Assembly (NCBI GenBank): GCA_965201075.1
Contig: CBDAVP010000010.1
Location: forward strand, 186,001 to 238,864
Direction: 5' to 3'
Source of the DNA: Isosphaeraceae bacterium
GTDB taxonomy: Bacteria; Planctomycetota; Planctomycetia; Isosphaerales; Isosphaeraceae
Length of the DNA: 52,864 nt
In this document: positions 29,481-40,008 of the stretch, piece by piece
How the letters are laid out: each line of letters opens with the position of its first letter
Numbering within the stretch: position 1 is the first letter of the stretch
The notes under the pieces: model-generated
The model's database searches: none
What the model was told of the DNA's origin: nothing
The model's input: only the letters and a program-made list of their open reading frames with translations
Program-made: the position numbers and the translations under genes

Positions 29481-32185
29481 TTGGTGCCCCCGCTCCAGGG
29501 CCGGCCTCCCAGCCACCTCGTCCCGTTGATCCAGCCGGCGAGCACTCGCGGCGGTTCGGGCTCGGCGGACCCGTCCGGCCGCTCGACCCGCGTTCCCCGC
29601 TCGACCAACAGCGCCTCGGCCGGGTCGAGCGAGCCAGGGTCGCCGATGGTGAGCCCCCGGGCCGGTCCCGCCCCGCTCGCCCGGAACGTGTTCTCGGCGA
29701 CGGTGGCCGTCAGGTACAAGCGGCCCCGGTTCGACTGGATCGGCGGTCCATGCTCGACGGCCAGGGTCGCCCCGCGCCCCGAACCCTCGACGCGGTTGCC
29801 CGCCACCAGTAGGCCCAGCATCGGCGAGTGCGACCAGCCCCAGGGGCCGGGCGACTCCGTTGGCGTGGACAGGATGCGGAACCCTTCTCCCCCGCCGAGG
29901 ATTCGGTTGTCGAGGAACCGCGTACCGAAGTGGTTCCCCCCCAGGACGAACGGCGCCGCGGCCGAGCCTCCCCGGGCATCGACGGTGTTACCCCGGAACG
30001 TCTCGCCGACAAAGCCGCTGACGATCGTGACCGCCTGCCCGGCCACCGGCAGGGGCTCGTCCAGCAGGTAGGTCCGCTCGTCGAGGGCTTGAGCGACCCG
30101 GACCCAGCGACCGGCTTTCGGCCCGGTCAGCAGGGCGACCACCGATCCCGCCCGCGCCGGTCCCCCGGGAGGCGGAGGAATCGCCAGGACCCGCCCGTCG
30201 TCCGAGGCCGCCAGGGGCTTCCCCTCGAAGTGCAGGCGATACGACTCGGTCAAGACGATCTCGGCGGCGTTGGGGTCGGGTCCGGGATCGCCATCCTTTG
30301 GTCCAACCCCCTCGACCACGTTCCCCTCGACCACGTCGCCAGCTCCCCGGTCGGTCATCACCAGGAACCGCCAGACCTTGCCCGAGGGAGACTCCACCAC
30401 CGCCCGATTGCCCGAAACGCGAACGTCGTGGGTCCGATGCAGGCCGATCATGGCGAAGGAGTGCGTCCCGACCGGCGTTCCCCGAAAGGCGTTGTCCGCC
30501 ACGACCCAGGGGCCGCCAATCAGCTCGACCGGGCCGCCCTTCAGGCGATTGTGCTCGATCCGGCCGTTCTCCATCGTCGCCAACCGGATCGTCCGCGGCG
30601 CTTCCTCCCCATCGCGAGCCGCCGGCGGGGCTTCCACGTCCAAGCCGTCGAGCACGACTCCCAGGCGAAGTCCCGGCGGCGCGCCCTTGTCAAGGTTGTC
30701 GGTCGAGCCGATCACCGACGGACCATAATCGACCCCCTCGGCCCAGCGGATCGGGCCGGCGAACCGGACGCTGAACCCCCTCAAGGTCGTCCGGCCGGCG
30801 TGCAGCTTGATCGCCGAGGACCAGGGCGCCTCGTCGGGAGATTGCTCGAAGATCAAACGAGCCCCCGGTTCCCCTTCCAGGGTGATCGGCCGACTCAGCA
30901 CCAGCGGGCGGTTCCGCCGATGCTCTCCGGCTTTCAACAGGACCGTCCCGAATCGCGAGGCCAGGTCCTGGAGATCCACGCCTGGCGCGGCCTCGGCGCG
31001 AGTCGTCGGCGGCGACATTCCCCGACGCCCGGGATCGCACGGACCGCCCGGGAATCGGACCACGGTCGAGGTTCCATCCGCCCTGGACAACCTCAGGGTC
31101 ATCGACGCGCCGGACTCGTCGCGAGTGGGCGAAAACCCCAGGCTTGCCCCGACCTCGTCGGAGGTCCAACCGAGAGACCGGGCATAGGGCTCGGGGGAAA
31201 AGGTCCCGGAGTCTGGTCCCATCCAGGCCCAGGTTCCCGACACCGCGTCACTCAGCGACGCCGCGACCACCGGGCGGGCCGCGTCGGGCCCCGACAGCCT
31301 CAGGCGGACATCCCCCTCGCCGCCATCCTGGCCCTCCCATCTCACCGCGATCGCATTCGGCACGAACCGCGGCAAGGCGACGGCCGGGACCTTCGCGCGA
31401 GGGTCGCCCACGCCGGCGACGACCTGGGCGCGGTCGGTTTTGCCGTCGGCGTAGGCAACCACCACCCGCCAGGTCTCCTCCCGACGATCGCGGTCCAGAC
31501 CCAGCCACAGGTCGGCAACCGTGGGCTGCCCCTCCCTCTTCAAGAGTTCCGCGCTCCCCACGCCTCGGGGGTTCAGCCCCGATTCCCAGGAGACCTTGTC
31601 GGGCGCGATCACGGTGACGGCGCGAACCTCGACGCCCGGAGAAAGGCATTCCAGCACGAGGCGGACATCCCGGAACCCGTCGGGCCCAACCGCCGCCGTC
31701 GGCCCGACGCGATCCTCGTCGGCCTGCCCGCCCCAGGAGACCCGCAGCGACGCCGTCGGCATCCGGCGGTTGGGGTCGGCGGGCCCGCCCTCGATCCAGC
31801 AGTCGGCCACCGACCCGTCGGCGAATCGCAAGGCCAGGTGGAACGGCCGGCCCGCCTCCCGTCGGCAGGGCTCGAAGAACAGGTCGGCCGAGGTCGATCC
31901 CTCTCGACGCGCGATCTCGGCGAGCCAAGACGACGGGGGACCGCCGTATTGCCACTCGTCGCCCCCCTGGCCCTCCAGCTTCGCGAACGCCAGTCGGCGC
32001 TCCGCCGGCAAGCCGGTCAGGGAGACATGCACATCCTGCGTTCCGTTGCCCCGTCGCTCGGCGTTGAGGCCAACGCGGTCGTGGCCGTCTTGCCCCAGCC
32101 AGCGCCCCGCGAGCTTCCCCTCCGCGACGTTGGCGAGGCACGCGACCGCGACCATCGCCCAGGTCAGACATCGGGGGCCGGTCAC
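29477..32185 (-). CDS. Secreted right-handed beta-helix (pectate-lyase-like) protein with three N-terminal repeats
   Basis: Signal peptide, WxGQD repeats, PITLEGEPGA and Asn-ladder repeats (IEHNRL, VADNAF, VSGNRA, VEGNVV, FRGNTV, FLDNRI). Confidence 0.8.
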   Translation of the reverse strand: MTGPRCLTWAMVAVACLANVAEGKLAGRWLGQDGHDRVGLNAERRGNGTQDVHVSLTGLPAERRLAFAKLEGQGGDEWQYGGPPSSWLAEIARREGSTSADLFFEPCRREAGRPFHLALRFADGSVADCWIEGGPADPNRRMPTASLRVSWGGQADEDRVGPTAAVGPDGFRDVRLVLECLSPGVEVRAVTVIAPDKVSWESGLNPRGVGSAELLKREGQPTVADLWLGLDRDRREETWRVVVAYADGKTDRAQVVAGVGDPRAKVPAVALPRFVPNAIAVRWEGQDGGEGDVRLRLSGPDAARPVVAASLSDAVSGTWAWMGPDSGTFSPEPYARSLGWTSDEVGASLGFSPTRDESGASMTLRLSRADGTSTVVRFPGGPCDPGRRGMSPPTTRAEAAPGVDLQDLASRFGTVLLKAGEHRRNRPLVLSRPITLEGEPGARLIFEQSPDEAPWSSAIKLHAGRTTLRGFSVRFAGPIRWAEGVDYGPSVIGSTDNLDKGAPPGLRLGVVLDGLDVEAPPAARDGEEAPRTIRLATMENGRIEHNRLKGGPVELIGGPWVVADNAFRGTPVGTHSFAMIGLHRTHDVRVSGNRAVVESPSGKVWRFLVMTDRGAGDVVEGNVVEGVGPKDGDPGPDPNAAEIVLTESYRLHFEGKPLAASDDGRVLAIPPPPGGPARAGSVVALLTGPKAGRWVRVAQALDERTYLLDEPLPVAGQAVTIVSGFVGETFRGNTVDARGGSAAAPFVLGGNHFGTRFLDNRILGGGEGFRILSTPTESPGPWGWSHSPMLGLLVAGNRVEGSGRGATLAVEHGPPIQSNRGRLYLTATVAENTFRASGAGPARGLTIGDPGSLDPAEALLVERGTRVERPDGSAEPEPPRVLAGWINGTRWLGGRPWSGGTK

Positions 32186-33621
32186 GCCAGGATCGGGCGG
32201 ATGACCTGACCCGAGACGTCGGTGAGGCGATAGTCCCGGCCGCTGTAGCGGTAAGTCAGTTGCTCGTGGTCGATCCCCAGCAGGTGCAGAATCGTGGCGT
32301 GCAGGTCGTGGACGTGAACCTTGTCCTGGACCGCGTGCCAGCCGAACTCGTCAGTGGCGCCGTGGACCATGCCCCCCTTCACTCCGCCGCCCGCCATCCA
32401 CATCGTGAAGCCAAAGGGATGATGCTCGCGACCGTCGGTCCCCTCGGCCGTCGGAGTGCGGCCGAACTCGCCTCCCCAGACGACCAGGGTGTCTTCCAGC
32501 AGGCCCCGGGCTTTCAGATCGGCCAGCAAGCCAGCGATTGGCGCGTCGGTGGCGGCGCAGTTGGCCGGCAGTTCGGTCCGCAAGCCGCCGTGTTGGTCCC
32601 AAAGCTGACAGCTTTTGCGCTTCGAGGTCTGGGTGTGATAGACCTGCACGAACCGAACCCCGCGCTCGGCCAGGCGGCGGGCCATCAGGCATTGGGTCCC
32701 GAAAATCTCCGTGACCGGGTCGTTCAGGCCGTAAAGAGCGCGGGTGGCGGGGGATTCGCTCGAAAGGTCAAACGCTTCGGGGGCCTGGGACTGCATGCGG
32801 AAGGCCAGCTCGAACGAGGCGATCCGCGCCGCGAGGCGGCTGTCCTCCTCGCGGCCCCGCCGATGCCGCTCGTTGAGGGTCTTCAGCGCATCCAACTGCT
32901 GTCGCTGGCGGCCCGGGGCGATCTCGGGGTTGTCGAGGTCGGCGATCGGCTTCCTGAGGTCGGCGATCAAGGTCCCCTGGTACGCCGCCGGCAGGAACGC
33001 CGACGACCACAGCGGAGCCCCCTGGGCCGGCTGGGCGGGGCTGAGAACCACATAGCCCGGCAGGTCGCGGTTCTCGCTACCCAGGCCATAGGTCAGCCAC
33101 GAACCGAGGCTGGGCCGGGAGAAGGTTTGTTCCCCCGTGTTCATCTGGAGGCAAGCGCCGTTGTGGTTGATGTTGTCGGCGAACATCGACCGGATCACGC
33201 ACAGGTCGTCAGCCCGTTCGGCCAGCTTCGGAAACAACTCGCTGATTTCCAGACCCGATTGCCCGTGTCGGCGGAACGCGAACGGCGACCGCAGCAGCTT
33301 GCCAACCTTGGTACGCTGGAGCTTGGGCGAGGCGAACGGCAACGGCTTGCCGTCGTCGGCGGCCAGGCGGGGCTTGGGGTCGAAGGTGTCGACGTGCGAC
33401 GGCCCGCCGGCCATGAACAGGAAGATGACCCGTTTGGCCCTCGCTGGGTACATCGGCGGGCGGGGCGCCATCGGGTCGGCCGTCGAGGGGAGAGTGAGCG
33501 ACCCGCCGCCCGAGTCGGCTCGGGATTCCTCGGCCAGCAACCCCGCCAGGCCGAGCATCCCGAAGCCATTGGCCAGGTGCTTGAGGGCCCGTCGACGGTT
33601 CAGAGGTTCGGCGGGAGTCAT
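32182..33621 (-). CDS. DUF1501 domain protein with Tat signal
   Basis: NRRRAL, AKRVIFLFMAGGPSHVDTFDPKP, RGVRFVQ, WDQH, GEFGRTP, GGVKGG and HDLHAT motifs. Confidence 0.95.
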   Translation of the reverse strand: MTPAEPLNRRRALKHLANGFGMLGLAGLLAEESRADSGGGSLTLPSTADPMAPRPPMYPARAKRVIFLFMAGGPSHVDTFDPKPRLAADDGKPLPFASPKLQRTKVGKLLRSPFAFRRHGQSGLEISELFPKLAERADDLCVIRSMFADNINHNGACLQMNTGEQTFSRPSLGSWLTYGLGSENRDLPGYVVLSPAQPAQGAPLWSSAFLPAAYQGTLIADLRKPIADLDNPEIAPGRQRQQLDALKTLNERHRRGREEDSRLAARIASFELAFRMQSQAPEAFDLSSESPATRALYGLNDPVTEIFGTQCLMARRLAERGVRFVQVYHTQTSKRKSCQLWDQHGGLRTELPANCAATDAPIAGLLADLKARGLLEDTLVVWGGEFGRTPTAEGTDGREHHPFGFTMWMAGGGVKGGMVHGATDEFGWHAVQDKVHVHDLHATILHLLGIDHEQLTYRYSGRDYRLTDVSGQVIRPILA

Positions 33622-33657
33622 GGGTTCAAACCTCGGGTCTCGGGTCTTGGGCTCGTC

Positions 33658-36600
33658 TCAGTCGAGGTACAGGAATTCATTCGAGCAGAGTAGCACCTGG
33701 CAAAACGCGGCCCAGGCCCGGTCGGCGGGGGCGGACTCGCCCAGGGACTTCAGCGACGCGAGGCCGGCGGCAACTTCATCGGCCTCGGGCGAACGCGCAA
33801 AGAGCAAACGATACGCCCTCCGCAATCGAGCGGCGTCGTCGGCCGGCTCGTCCTTCAACAACCGGGCGGCCAGCGCCTTGGCCCGGGCGATCGTGAAGGG
33901 GTCGTTCAGCAGGAACAGGGCCTGGGGGGCGACCGTTGACGCCGTGCGGCGGTCCACCAACGCGGCGGGGTCGGCCGCGTCGAACAGCGGTCCGAAGGAT
34001 GAGCGGTCCGAGCGGTTCGTCGTCACGTACAGGGTCCGCCGAGAGGACCCCAGGTCGGGAGTCGGCGGACCTCCCAACGACGGGTCGAGTTCCCCGCTGA
34101 CCATCAGCAAGGCGTCGCGCAACTCCTCGGATTCGAGCCGTTGCCGATCCATCCGGCCGAACAGGCGGTTCTCGGGGTCGCTTTTGAGGGTCTCCGCCAC
34201 CGCCTCGGCCGACTCTTGATAGGTCGCCGAGAGCAGGATTTCCCGATGCAGCGCCTTGAGCGACCAGCCCGAGGCCATCAGCCGGCTCGCCAGGTAGTCG
34301 AGCAATTCGGGGTGGGTGGGCGGCTCGCCGAGCTTGCCAAAATTTCCCGACGAGCGGACCAGGCCGACGCCGAAATGGTGCTGCCAGACCCGGTTGGCGA
34401 TGACCCGGGCCGTCAAGGGATGGGCTGGATTGGTGATCCAGTTGGCCAATTCGAGACGGCCACTGCCCCCCGTCTCACCGATCGTCGGCGGATGGTCCCC
34501 GGCGACGATCGTGGGGACGTGACGGGGGACAAGCGGCCCGGGGCGTCGGTGGTCGCCTCGGACCATCAGGCGAATGTCGCCGATCGCCGAATGCTCGGTG
34601 TCGGGAACCCCGCCTTCCTGAATCGCCAGGGCCAGATCCGGCGGCGGAAGGGCGGGAATGGCCTGCAAGGCGGCCAGTTCCGACCGCAACGGCCCGTGGC
34701 TAGGTTCGGGCAGGGCGGTGATGTCGGGCCGAAGCGGACCGGCGTTGCCCAGGATTTCCCGGGCGAGGGGTCCGTTGGGATCGCGGTTGATGGCTTCCTG
34801 CGCCAGCGACGCGGCGGCGGCCAGTCGGGCGGGGTCGTCCGGGCCGGAGGCCTCGTCCCAGGCGTTCAGCGCCTCCAGAGGCGCGAGCCGGCCGTCGTCG
34901 GCCACCGACAGGAACCGCCAACAAGCCGTGTGTCCCAGACGATCGGCCGAGGGGTTGGACCTCGCCGAGCCATCGGCCGGGGCGGGGGCAACGTCGGCGG
35001 CCAGGTCCCATCGAGAGGCCGGGTCGGCCGTGGGGGTGATCGCCAGGGTCACGTTCGTCGTGTCGCAGGAGAATTCGGCCCCCTGCCGTATCACCAATCG
35101 CAACTCGTCGCCGGGTTCGACCTCGACGTGGACCAGTCGCGCGCCGCCGGTCCCCGCCGCCAGTTCCTGAGCCCCGGCATTGGGGATCACCCCGCCGGCC
35201 AGGGGAACCGACGACTCCCCTCGACGACGAGTCAAAGTCCAGGTCACGCCATCCCCGGCGTTCGGATCACCATCGGCCAGTCTCCCCTGGATCGCGACCG
35301 TCCCGCCCATCGGGCTCGTCCACGCAACCCCCGCCCCGGCATTCGCCCCGCCCGGGTGGAGCGACACCGAATGCGGAGGCAGGTGGAACGACAAGGGCGA
35401 AAGCTCGCCGTCGGTGGGGTTCAGCATCGCCCAGGGCAGGCCCAACCCAGGCGCCCGCCAGGTGAACCCCTGAGGCAAGCCGGCCACTTCCGCCGACGGC
35501 GCATCGAGCAGCACGGCCGCGTCGGCCTGGCCCAGGTACGCCCGCCAGCGGTCCAGGGCCGCCGGAGTTAGGTTATGAGCGGCGGCGTAGTCGGCGGGGG
35601 ATTGGCTCGCGGGACGATTCGGAAACGCGCGAGCCGCCAGCAACGAGGCGCCGACGGTTCCCAACTGCCCTTTTGCCACCCCAGCCGCGGCGGTCGTCAA
35701 GGTTCCTAGAAGCTCGGCGATCCGCGAGGCCCGCTTTTGCGACTCGGCCAGCACCGAGGGGGGGACCAGCGGCATTTTCAGCATCGGCGAGGCCATCGTC
35801 GGGTCGCCGGGACCGGGCAGGATGTGGGTGCTGAAGAAGATGCCGGCCAGGCCGTAATAGTCGGCCTGGGAGATCGGGTCGAACTTGTGGTCATGGCAGC
35901 GAGCGCAGGCGACGGTCAGCCCCAGAAACGCGCGGCCGACAACATCCACCTGGTCATCCACCAGGTCGGCGATCATCTTGGCCTTGTCCGAGTCGCCGGT
36001 CCCCCACTCGCCGAGGGCCAGCAAGCCCGTGGCGACCACCCCGTCGCGATTGAACCCCCCGGGACCGTCCCCCGGCACGAGGTCGCCGGCCAACTGGTCG
36101 CGGACGAACTGGTCATACGGCCGGTCGCGGTTCAGAGCGTTGACGACCCAGTCTCGATAGCGAAACGCCTCGGTGATGTCGATCATGCTGCCGGTGAACC
36201 GGACGTCGCGAGTGTCGGCATAGCGGGCCACGTCCAGCCAGTGGCGTCCCCAGCGCTGGCCGTGCCGAGGGTCGGCCAACAGGCGGTCGACCACCCGGGG
36301 CCACGCTTCGGGCGATCCATCCACCTCGAACGCGGCCACGTCCTCGGGAGTCGGCGGCAGGCCGATCAGGTCAAACGTCACCCGTCGCAGCAACGTGGCC
36401 TTGCTGGCGGGCGGGGCCGGATGCAGCCCCTTCGCCTCCAGGGGGGCCAGGATGAACCGGTCGATTGCACCGATCGGCCAGGCCCGATCGGCCACATCCG
36501 GCGGCGACGGTTTCCCCACAGGACGGAACGACCAGAACTGGCGCTGCTCCTCGGTGATGCGGAACTCGGGACCGGCCGGCGCCACGACAACCGCCTCGGC

Positions 36601-37056
36601 CGGGGCTTCGGGCCAGGGCAGGCCCAGCTCGACCCACTTCGTCAGCGCCGCGACCTCGCCATCGGCCAGCTTGCCCGAGGGGGGCATGCGAGGCTCGTCC
36701 TGGTAGCGGATCACCTGGACAATCGCGCTGGCCTCGGCATCACCCGGGACCGCCGCCGGCCCGCTGTCGCCGCCCTTGAGGACCGAGGCCCGATCCGTCA
36801 GCTTCAACCCGCCCTTGACCTTGGCGCCGCCGTGGCAACCTTGGCAACGCTCGACCAGGACCGGCCGGATTTCCTTCTCGAAGAATTCGACGGTCGAGGG
36901 GTCTTCGCCGCGAGCCGTGGAGGTAACGCCCGCCATCGCGGCGAGGGTACAAAGGAGACCGATGAGCCGCCGAGTGCCGGCTGGGGCCGCGGGTTCGCGG
37001 AAGGGGAAACCCGGGACCGGGCGAAGTTTCGGACGGGTGGCGATCCGGTCGGCCAT
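33658..37056 (-). CDS. PSD1 / planctomycete cytochrome c (DUF1549-DUF1553) protein
   Basis: CQGCH heme motif, RHWLDVARYADT, CARCHDHKFDP, NRVWQHHFG, PTHPELLDYLA and NEFLYLD. Start approximate. Confidence 0.93.
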   Translation of the reverse strand: MADRIATRPKLRPVPGFPFREPAAPAGTRRLIGLLCTLAAMAGVTSTARGEDPSTVEFFEKEIRPVLVERCQGCHGGAKVKGGLKLTDRASVLKGGDSGPAAVPGDAEASAIVQVIRYQDEPRMPPSGKLADGEVAALTKWVELGLPWPEAPAEAVVVAPAGPEFRITEEQRQFWSFRPVGKPSPPDVADRAWPIGAIDRFILAPLEAKGLHPAPPASKATLLRRVTFDLIGLPPTPEDVAAFEVDGSPEAWPRVVDRLLADPRHGQRWGRHWLDVARYADTRDVRFTGSMIDITEAFRYRDWVVNALNRDRPYDQFVRDQLAGDLVPGDGPGGFNRDGVVATGLLALGEWGTGDSDKAKMIADLVDDQVDVVGRAFLGLTVACARCHDHKFDPISQADYYGLAGIFFSTHILPGPGDPTMASPMLKMPLVPPSVLAESQKRASRIAELLGTLTTAAAGVAKGQLGTVGASLLAARAFPNRPASQSPADYAAAHNLTPAALDRWRAYLGQADAAVLLDAPSAEVAGLPQGFTWRAPGLGLPWAMLNPTDGELSPLSFHLPPHSVSLHPGGANAGAGVAWTSPMGGTVAIQGRLADGDPNAGDGVTWTLTRRRGESSVPLAGGVIPNAGAQELAAGTGGARLVHVEVEPGDELRLVIRQGAEFSCDTTNVTLAITPTADPASRWDLAADVAPAPADGSARSNPSADRLGHTACWRFLSVADDGRLAPLEALNAWDEASGPDDPARLAAAASLAQEAINRDPNGPLAREILGNAGPLRPDITALPEPSHGPLRSELAALQAIPALPPPDLALAIQEGGVPDTEHSAIGDIRLMVRGDHRRPGPLVPRHVPTIVAGDHPPTIGETGGSGRLELANWITNPAHPLTARVIANRVWQHHFGVGLVRSSGNFGKLGEPPTHPELLDYLASRLMASGWSLKALHREILLSATYQESAEAVAETLKSDPENRLFGRMDRQRLESEELRDALLMVSGELDPSLGGPPTPDLGSSRRTLYVTTNRSDRSSFGPLFDAADPAALVDRRTASTVAPQALFLLNDPFTIARAKALAARLLKDEPADDAARLRRAYRLLFARSPEADEVAAGLASLKSLGESAPADRAWAAFCQVLLCSNEFLYLD

Positions 37057-37178
37057 GCGGAGCTCCGGCGGGCCCGTTCGGGGGACGATCTTACCTTTCC
37101 AGGAATACGCGATCCGCCGGCCCCACCGCGAGGGGAATTTCTCGATCCCGCGCGAGACGCTACCGGGCCGGGGTCGTC

Positions 37179-37857
37179 TCAGCCGCCGAAGAATTGGCGA
37201 AACGCCTCGCCGGCGAAGATCCCGGCCAGGGTCGCGACGGCCAGGACCCAGAGCAGCCAGGTCCACCACGAACGTCCGGGCCGGTTGGGAGGGGCCCGGG
37301 CCAGGGCTTCGCGATATTCGACCGAGAATACGCGGCGTCCCCAGGAGAGGGTTACCAGCAAGGCGGCCGACGGTCCACCGCCCCCGAGCCACCAGGCTAA
37401 GTCACCGGGCAAGTCGCGGGAGGACCCCGGGGACGATCCCCAGCAGGCTCGCGGACACGGCGGCGACGCCCAGGGCACCGCCGAGGAGCCCCAGGAGGCG
37501 GGCCCACGGCCGGAACCGTTGCAGCCCCTTCCCCACCGTCAGCAAAGTGGCGCCGACCAGCCACGTTGGCAGAAGCAACAGCGGAGAGTCGACTCGGGGC
37601 GGGCGGGAAGCTCCCGGCCCCCCTTGCGACGGCTCGCCGTAGGTTGACACGGACATCGAGAGGATCACGATATCCATCAAAATAAAGACGGTTCCCAGGG
37701 CCATCACGCCCGCGCCCATCGCCCTCACCAGCGTCCAGGCGACGAACGAACGGGCCAGGATCGCCCGCGCCGCCTCATCCGGATCGGTCGAGACGTCCGT
37801 CGCGGGCGTGAGCGGTGCCGAGGGGGGTTCGTAAGAATTCTCCGGTTCCAGGGGCAT
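37179..37857 (-). pseudogene. Membrane protein split by a frameshift near 37420
   Basis: NSYEPPSA N-terminus and TM helices in one frame; the remaining TM helices and VFSVEYREA continue in another. Confidence 0.55.
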
Positions 37858-38028
37858 CCTCGAAAGCTTTACGCCCGCACAGTGATTCGCCCCGCGAACC
37901 TCTCGCCGCCGGCCAGTCTCCCAGAGACGCATTCCCTCGTCCAACCATCGGCCTCTCGGTCTTGCCCGGGACGCGACCTCGGCGGAAGATGGGCACCCAA
38001 CCGAGACGACGACTGATCAGGAGCGAGC

Positions 38029-38910
38029 ATGACCGCGACGCGACAGGCTTTCGGGATTGACGGGCTGGATCGACTTTTGGGCGGGGGCCTGCTCCCGGGA
38101 ACCTTGACCGTCCTGGCCGGGGCCACCGGCGCGGGCAAGACCCAACTGGGTTTGACCTGGGCCAACCAGGGAGCCACCGCCGACGGCCGCCGAGGCGTGG
38201 TTTGCGACCTCACCAGCCGCGGAGATGCCCAGAACCACGCCAACTACTCGCGAGACCTTTTCGGCTGGCAACTCACCCCCCAACCGATCGACGAGCCCCC
38301 CGACCTCGACGCCTTCTGGGACTTCGCCCGAGAGCGAGGCGACTACCTTCACCCGTTCTCAAAGGCCGGCCGCCGCGTCACCCGCCGAGACCTCGAGCCC
38401 GACGACTGGCACGCCTGGAAGGCCGACCTGGCCAGGGTTTTGCGCGCCTCGGCCGCCTGGTTCTACTCGCAGTTCGCCCGAGGGACGCGCCGGGTGGTCG
38501 TCGACGGCATCGAGCCGACCGAGCGGTTCAGCGAGTCGATCCAGTTCGAGTTCTTCGAGTATCTCTACCAGCAAGTTCTGCGAAAAGACGACGAATGGGC
38601 CGCTCGCGAGGTCTTCCGCGAACGCTTCCGGGCCAACGCCGAGCAGGTGGCCGCCCACCCGTATGACTCCAAAACCATCGGCTGCCTTTACCTCTACACA
38701 ACCCCCCACGTCCTGCTCGACGACATGATGGCCCAGCCGATCGGCGAGGGGGACATCTTCGCCAACGCCAACACCATCATCCTGATGGGGCGGGTCAAGG
38801 AAGCCGGTCGCATGGGCCGAGCCCTCCACGTCGCCAAGCACCGGGGAAGCGCCTGCGGCGAGGAAATCGTCCCTTACCGCATCACCGACCGGGGCGTTGA
38901 GCTGCTCTAG
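38029..38910 (+). CDS. Single-domain KaiC/RAD55-like RecA-superfamily ATPase
   Basis: FGIDGLDRLLGGGLLPGTLTVLAGATGAGKT, VVVDG and RALHVAKHRGS motifs. Confidence 0.88.
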   Translation: MTATRQAFGIDGLDRLLGGGLLPGTLTVLAGATGAGKTQLGLTWANQGATADGRRGVVCDLTSRGDAQNHANYSRDLFGWQLTPQPIDEPPDLDAFWDFARERGDYLHPFSKAGRRVTRRDLEPDDWHAWKADLARVLRASAAWFYSQFARGTRRVVVDGIEPTERFSESIQFEFFEYLYQQVLRKDDEWAAREVFRERFRANAEQVAAHPYDSKTIGCLYLYTTPHVLLDDMMAQPIGEGDIFANANTIILMGRVKEAGRMGRALHVAKHRGSACGEEIVPYRITDRGVELL

Positions 38911-38990
38911 ATGAACAAGCCACGTCTCGAGACTCGCATCGTTTCCGCAATCGCACCCCGGCCCGTCCGAAACCCAGAGGAGACCCCGCC

Positions 38991-39932
38991 ATGAGTCTTG
39001 AATCCAACCGCCGGACGTTCTTGCAAGACTCCTTGAGCTCGGTCGCGGCCCTGACCACCCTGGCCGCCGTCCTGCCGGTCGAGGCGACCGCCGGGCCGGA
39101 AAGTGGGACCGGGGAGACGGCCTTCATCTGCGTGGCCTGCGCCTCGCAGTTCACCGAGTCGGCAAGCCCTCCCGACCGCTGCCCGATCTGCGAGGACGAG
39201 CGGCAGTACATCCCGCCCGAAGGCCAGCAGTGGACGACGCTCGAGGCCCTCCACAAGTCCCATAAGATCATCATCAAGCCGGAAGAGAAGGACCTTTTCT
39301 CGCTCAACGCCGAGCCCAAGACTGGCATCGGCCAACGGGCGTTCCTGATCCGCACGCCCGAGGGAAACGTCCTCTGGGACTGCATCACCCCCCTGAATGA
39401 CGCGGCGATCGCCCAGATCAACGACCTGGGCGGAATCGATGCGATCGCCATCTCCCACCCCCACTATTATTCCAACCTGGTGGACTGGAGCCGCGCCTTC
39501 GGCAACGCGCCGGTGCATCTGCCCGAACTCGATCGCAAGTGGGTCATGAGGCCCGACCCCTGCATCCGGTTCTGGAGCGACCAACCGCCCATCCTGCCCG
39601 GCCGCTTGAAACTCGTCCAAACTGGCGGTCACTTCGACGGCTACCAGGTTCTGCACTGGCCCGCAGGCGCCGACGGGAGAGGGGTCCTGATGGCCGGCGA
39701 CCAACCGCAGATTTGCATGGACCCCAAGCAGGTCAGTTTCATGTACAGCTACCCGAACTACATCCCCCTCAACGCCCCGACGATCCGTCACATCGTCGAA
39801 TGCCTCGAACCGCTCCCCTTCGACCGGATCTACGGCGCCTTCTTCATCCGAGGTAAGGGAATCATCCCCACCCACGGTAAGGAGATCGTCCGCCGGTCCG
39901 CCGACCGGTATCTCCGGGCCATCCACGGTTGA
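38991..39932 (+). CDS. MBL-fold metallo-hydrolase with N-terminal Cys4 knuckle and Tat-like signal
   Basis: RRTFLQ signal, CVAC...CPICEDERQY, ISHPHYY, GGHFDG and AGD motifs. Confidence 0.88.
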   Translation: MSLESNRRTFLQDSLSSVAALTTLAAVLPVEATAGPESGTGETAFICVACASQFTESASPPDRCPICEDERQYIPPEGQQWTTLEALHKSHKIIIKPEEKDLFSLNAEPKTGIGQRAFLIRTPEGNVLWDCITPLNDAAIAQINDLGGIDAIAISHPHYYSNLVDWSRAFGNAPVHLPELDRKWVMRPDPCIRFWSDQPPILPGRLKLVQTGGHFDGYQVLHWPAGADGRGVLMAGDQPQICMDPKQVSFMYSYPNYIPLNAPTIRHIVECLEPLPFDRIYGAFFIRGKGIIPTHGKEIVRRSADRYLRAIHG

Positions 39933-40008
39933 CGGCCGTTCCGCTCAACGGCCGCGACGGCAAAGGAAGGGGTCAGCCACTCGGCTCCCCACCGCTTGAT
40001 CGACGGGG

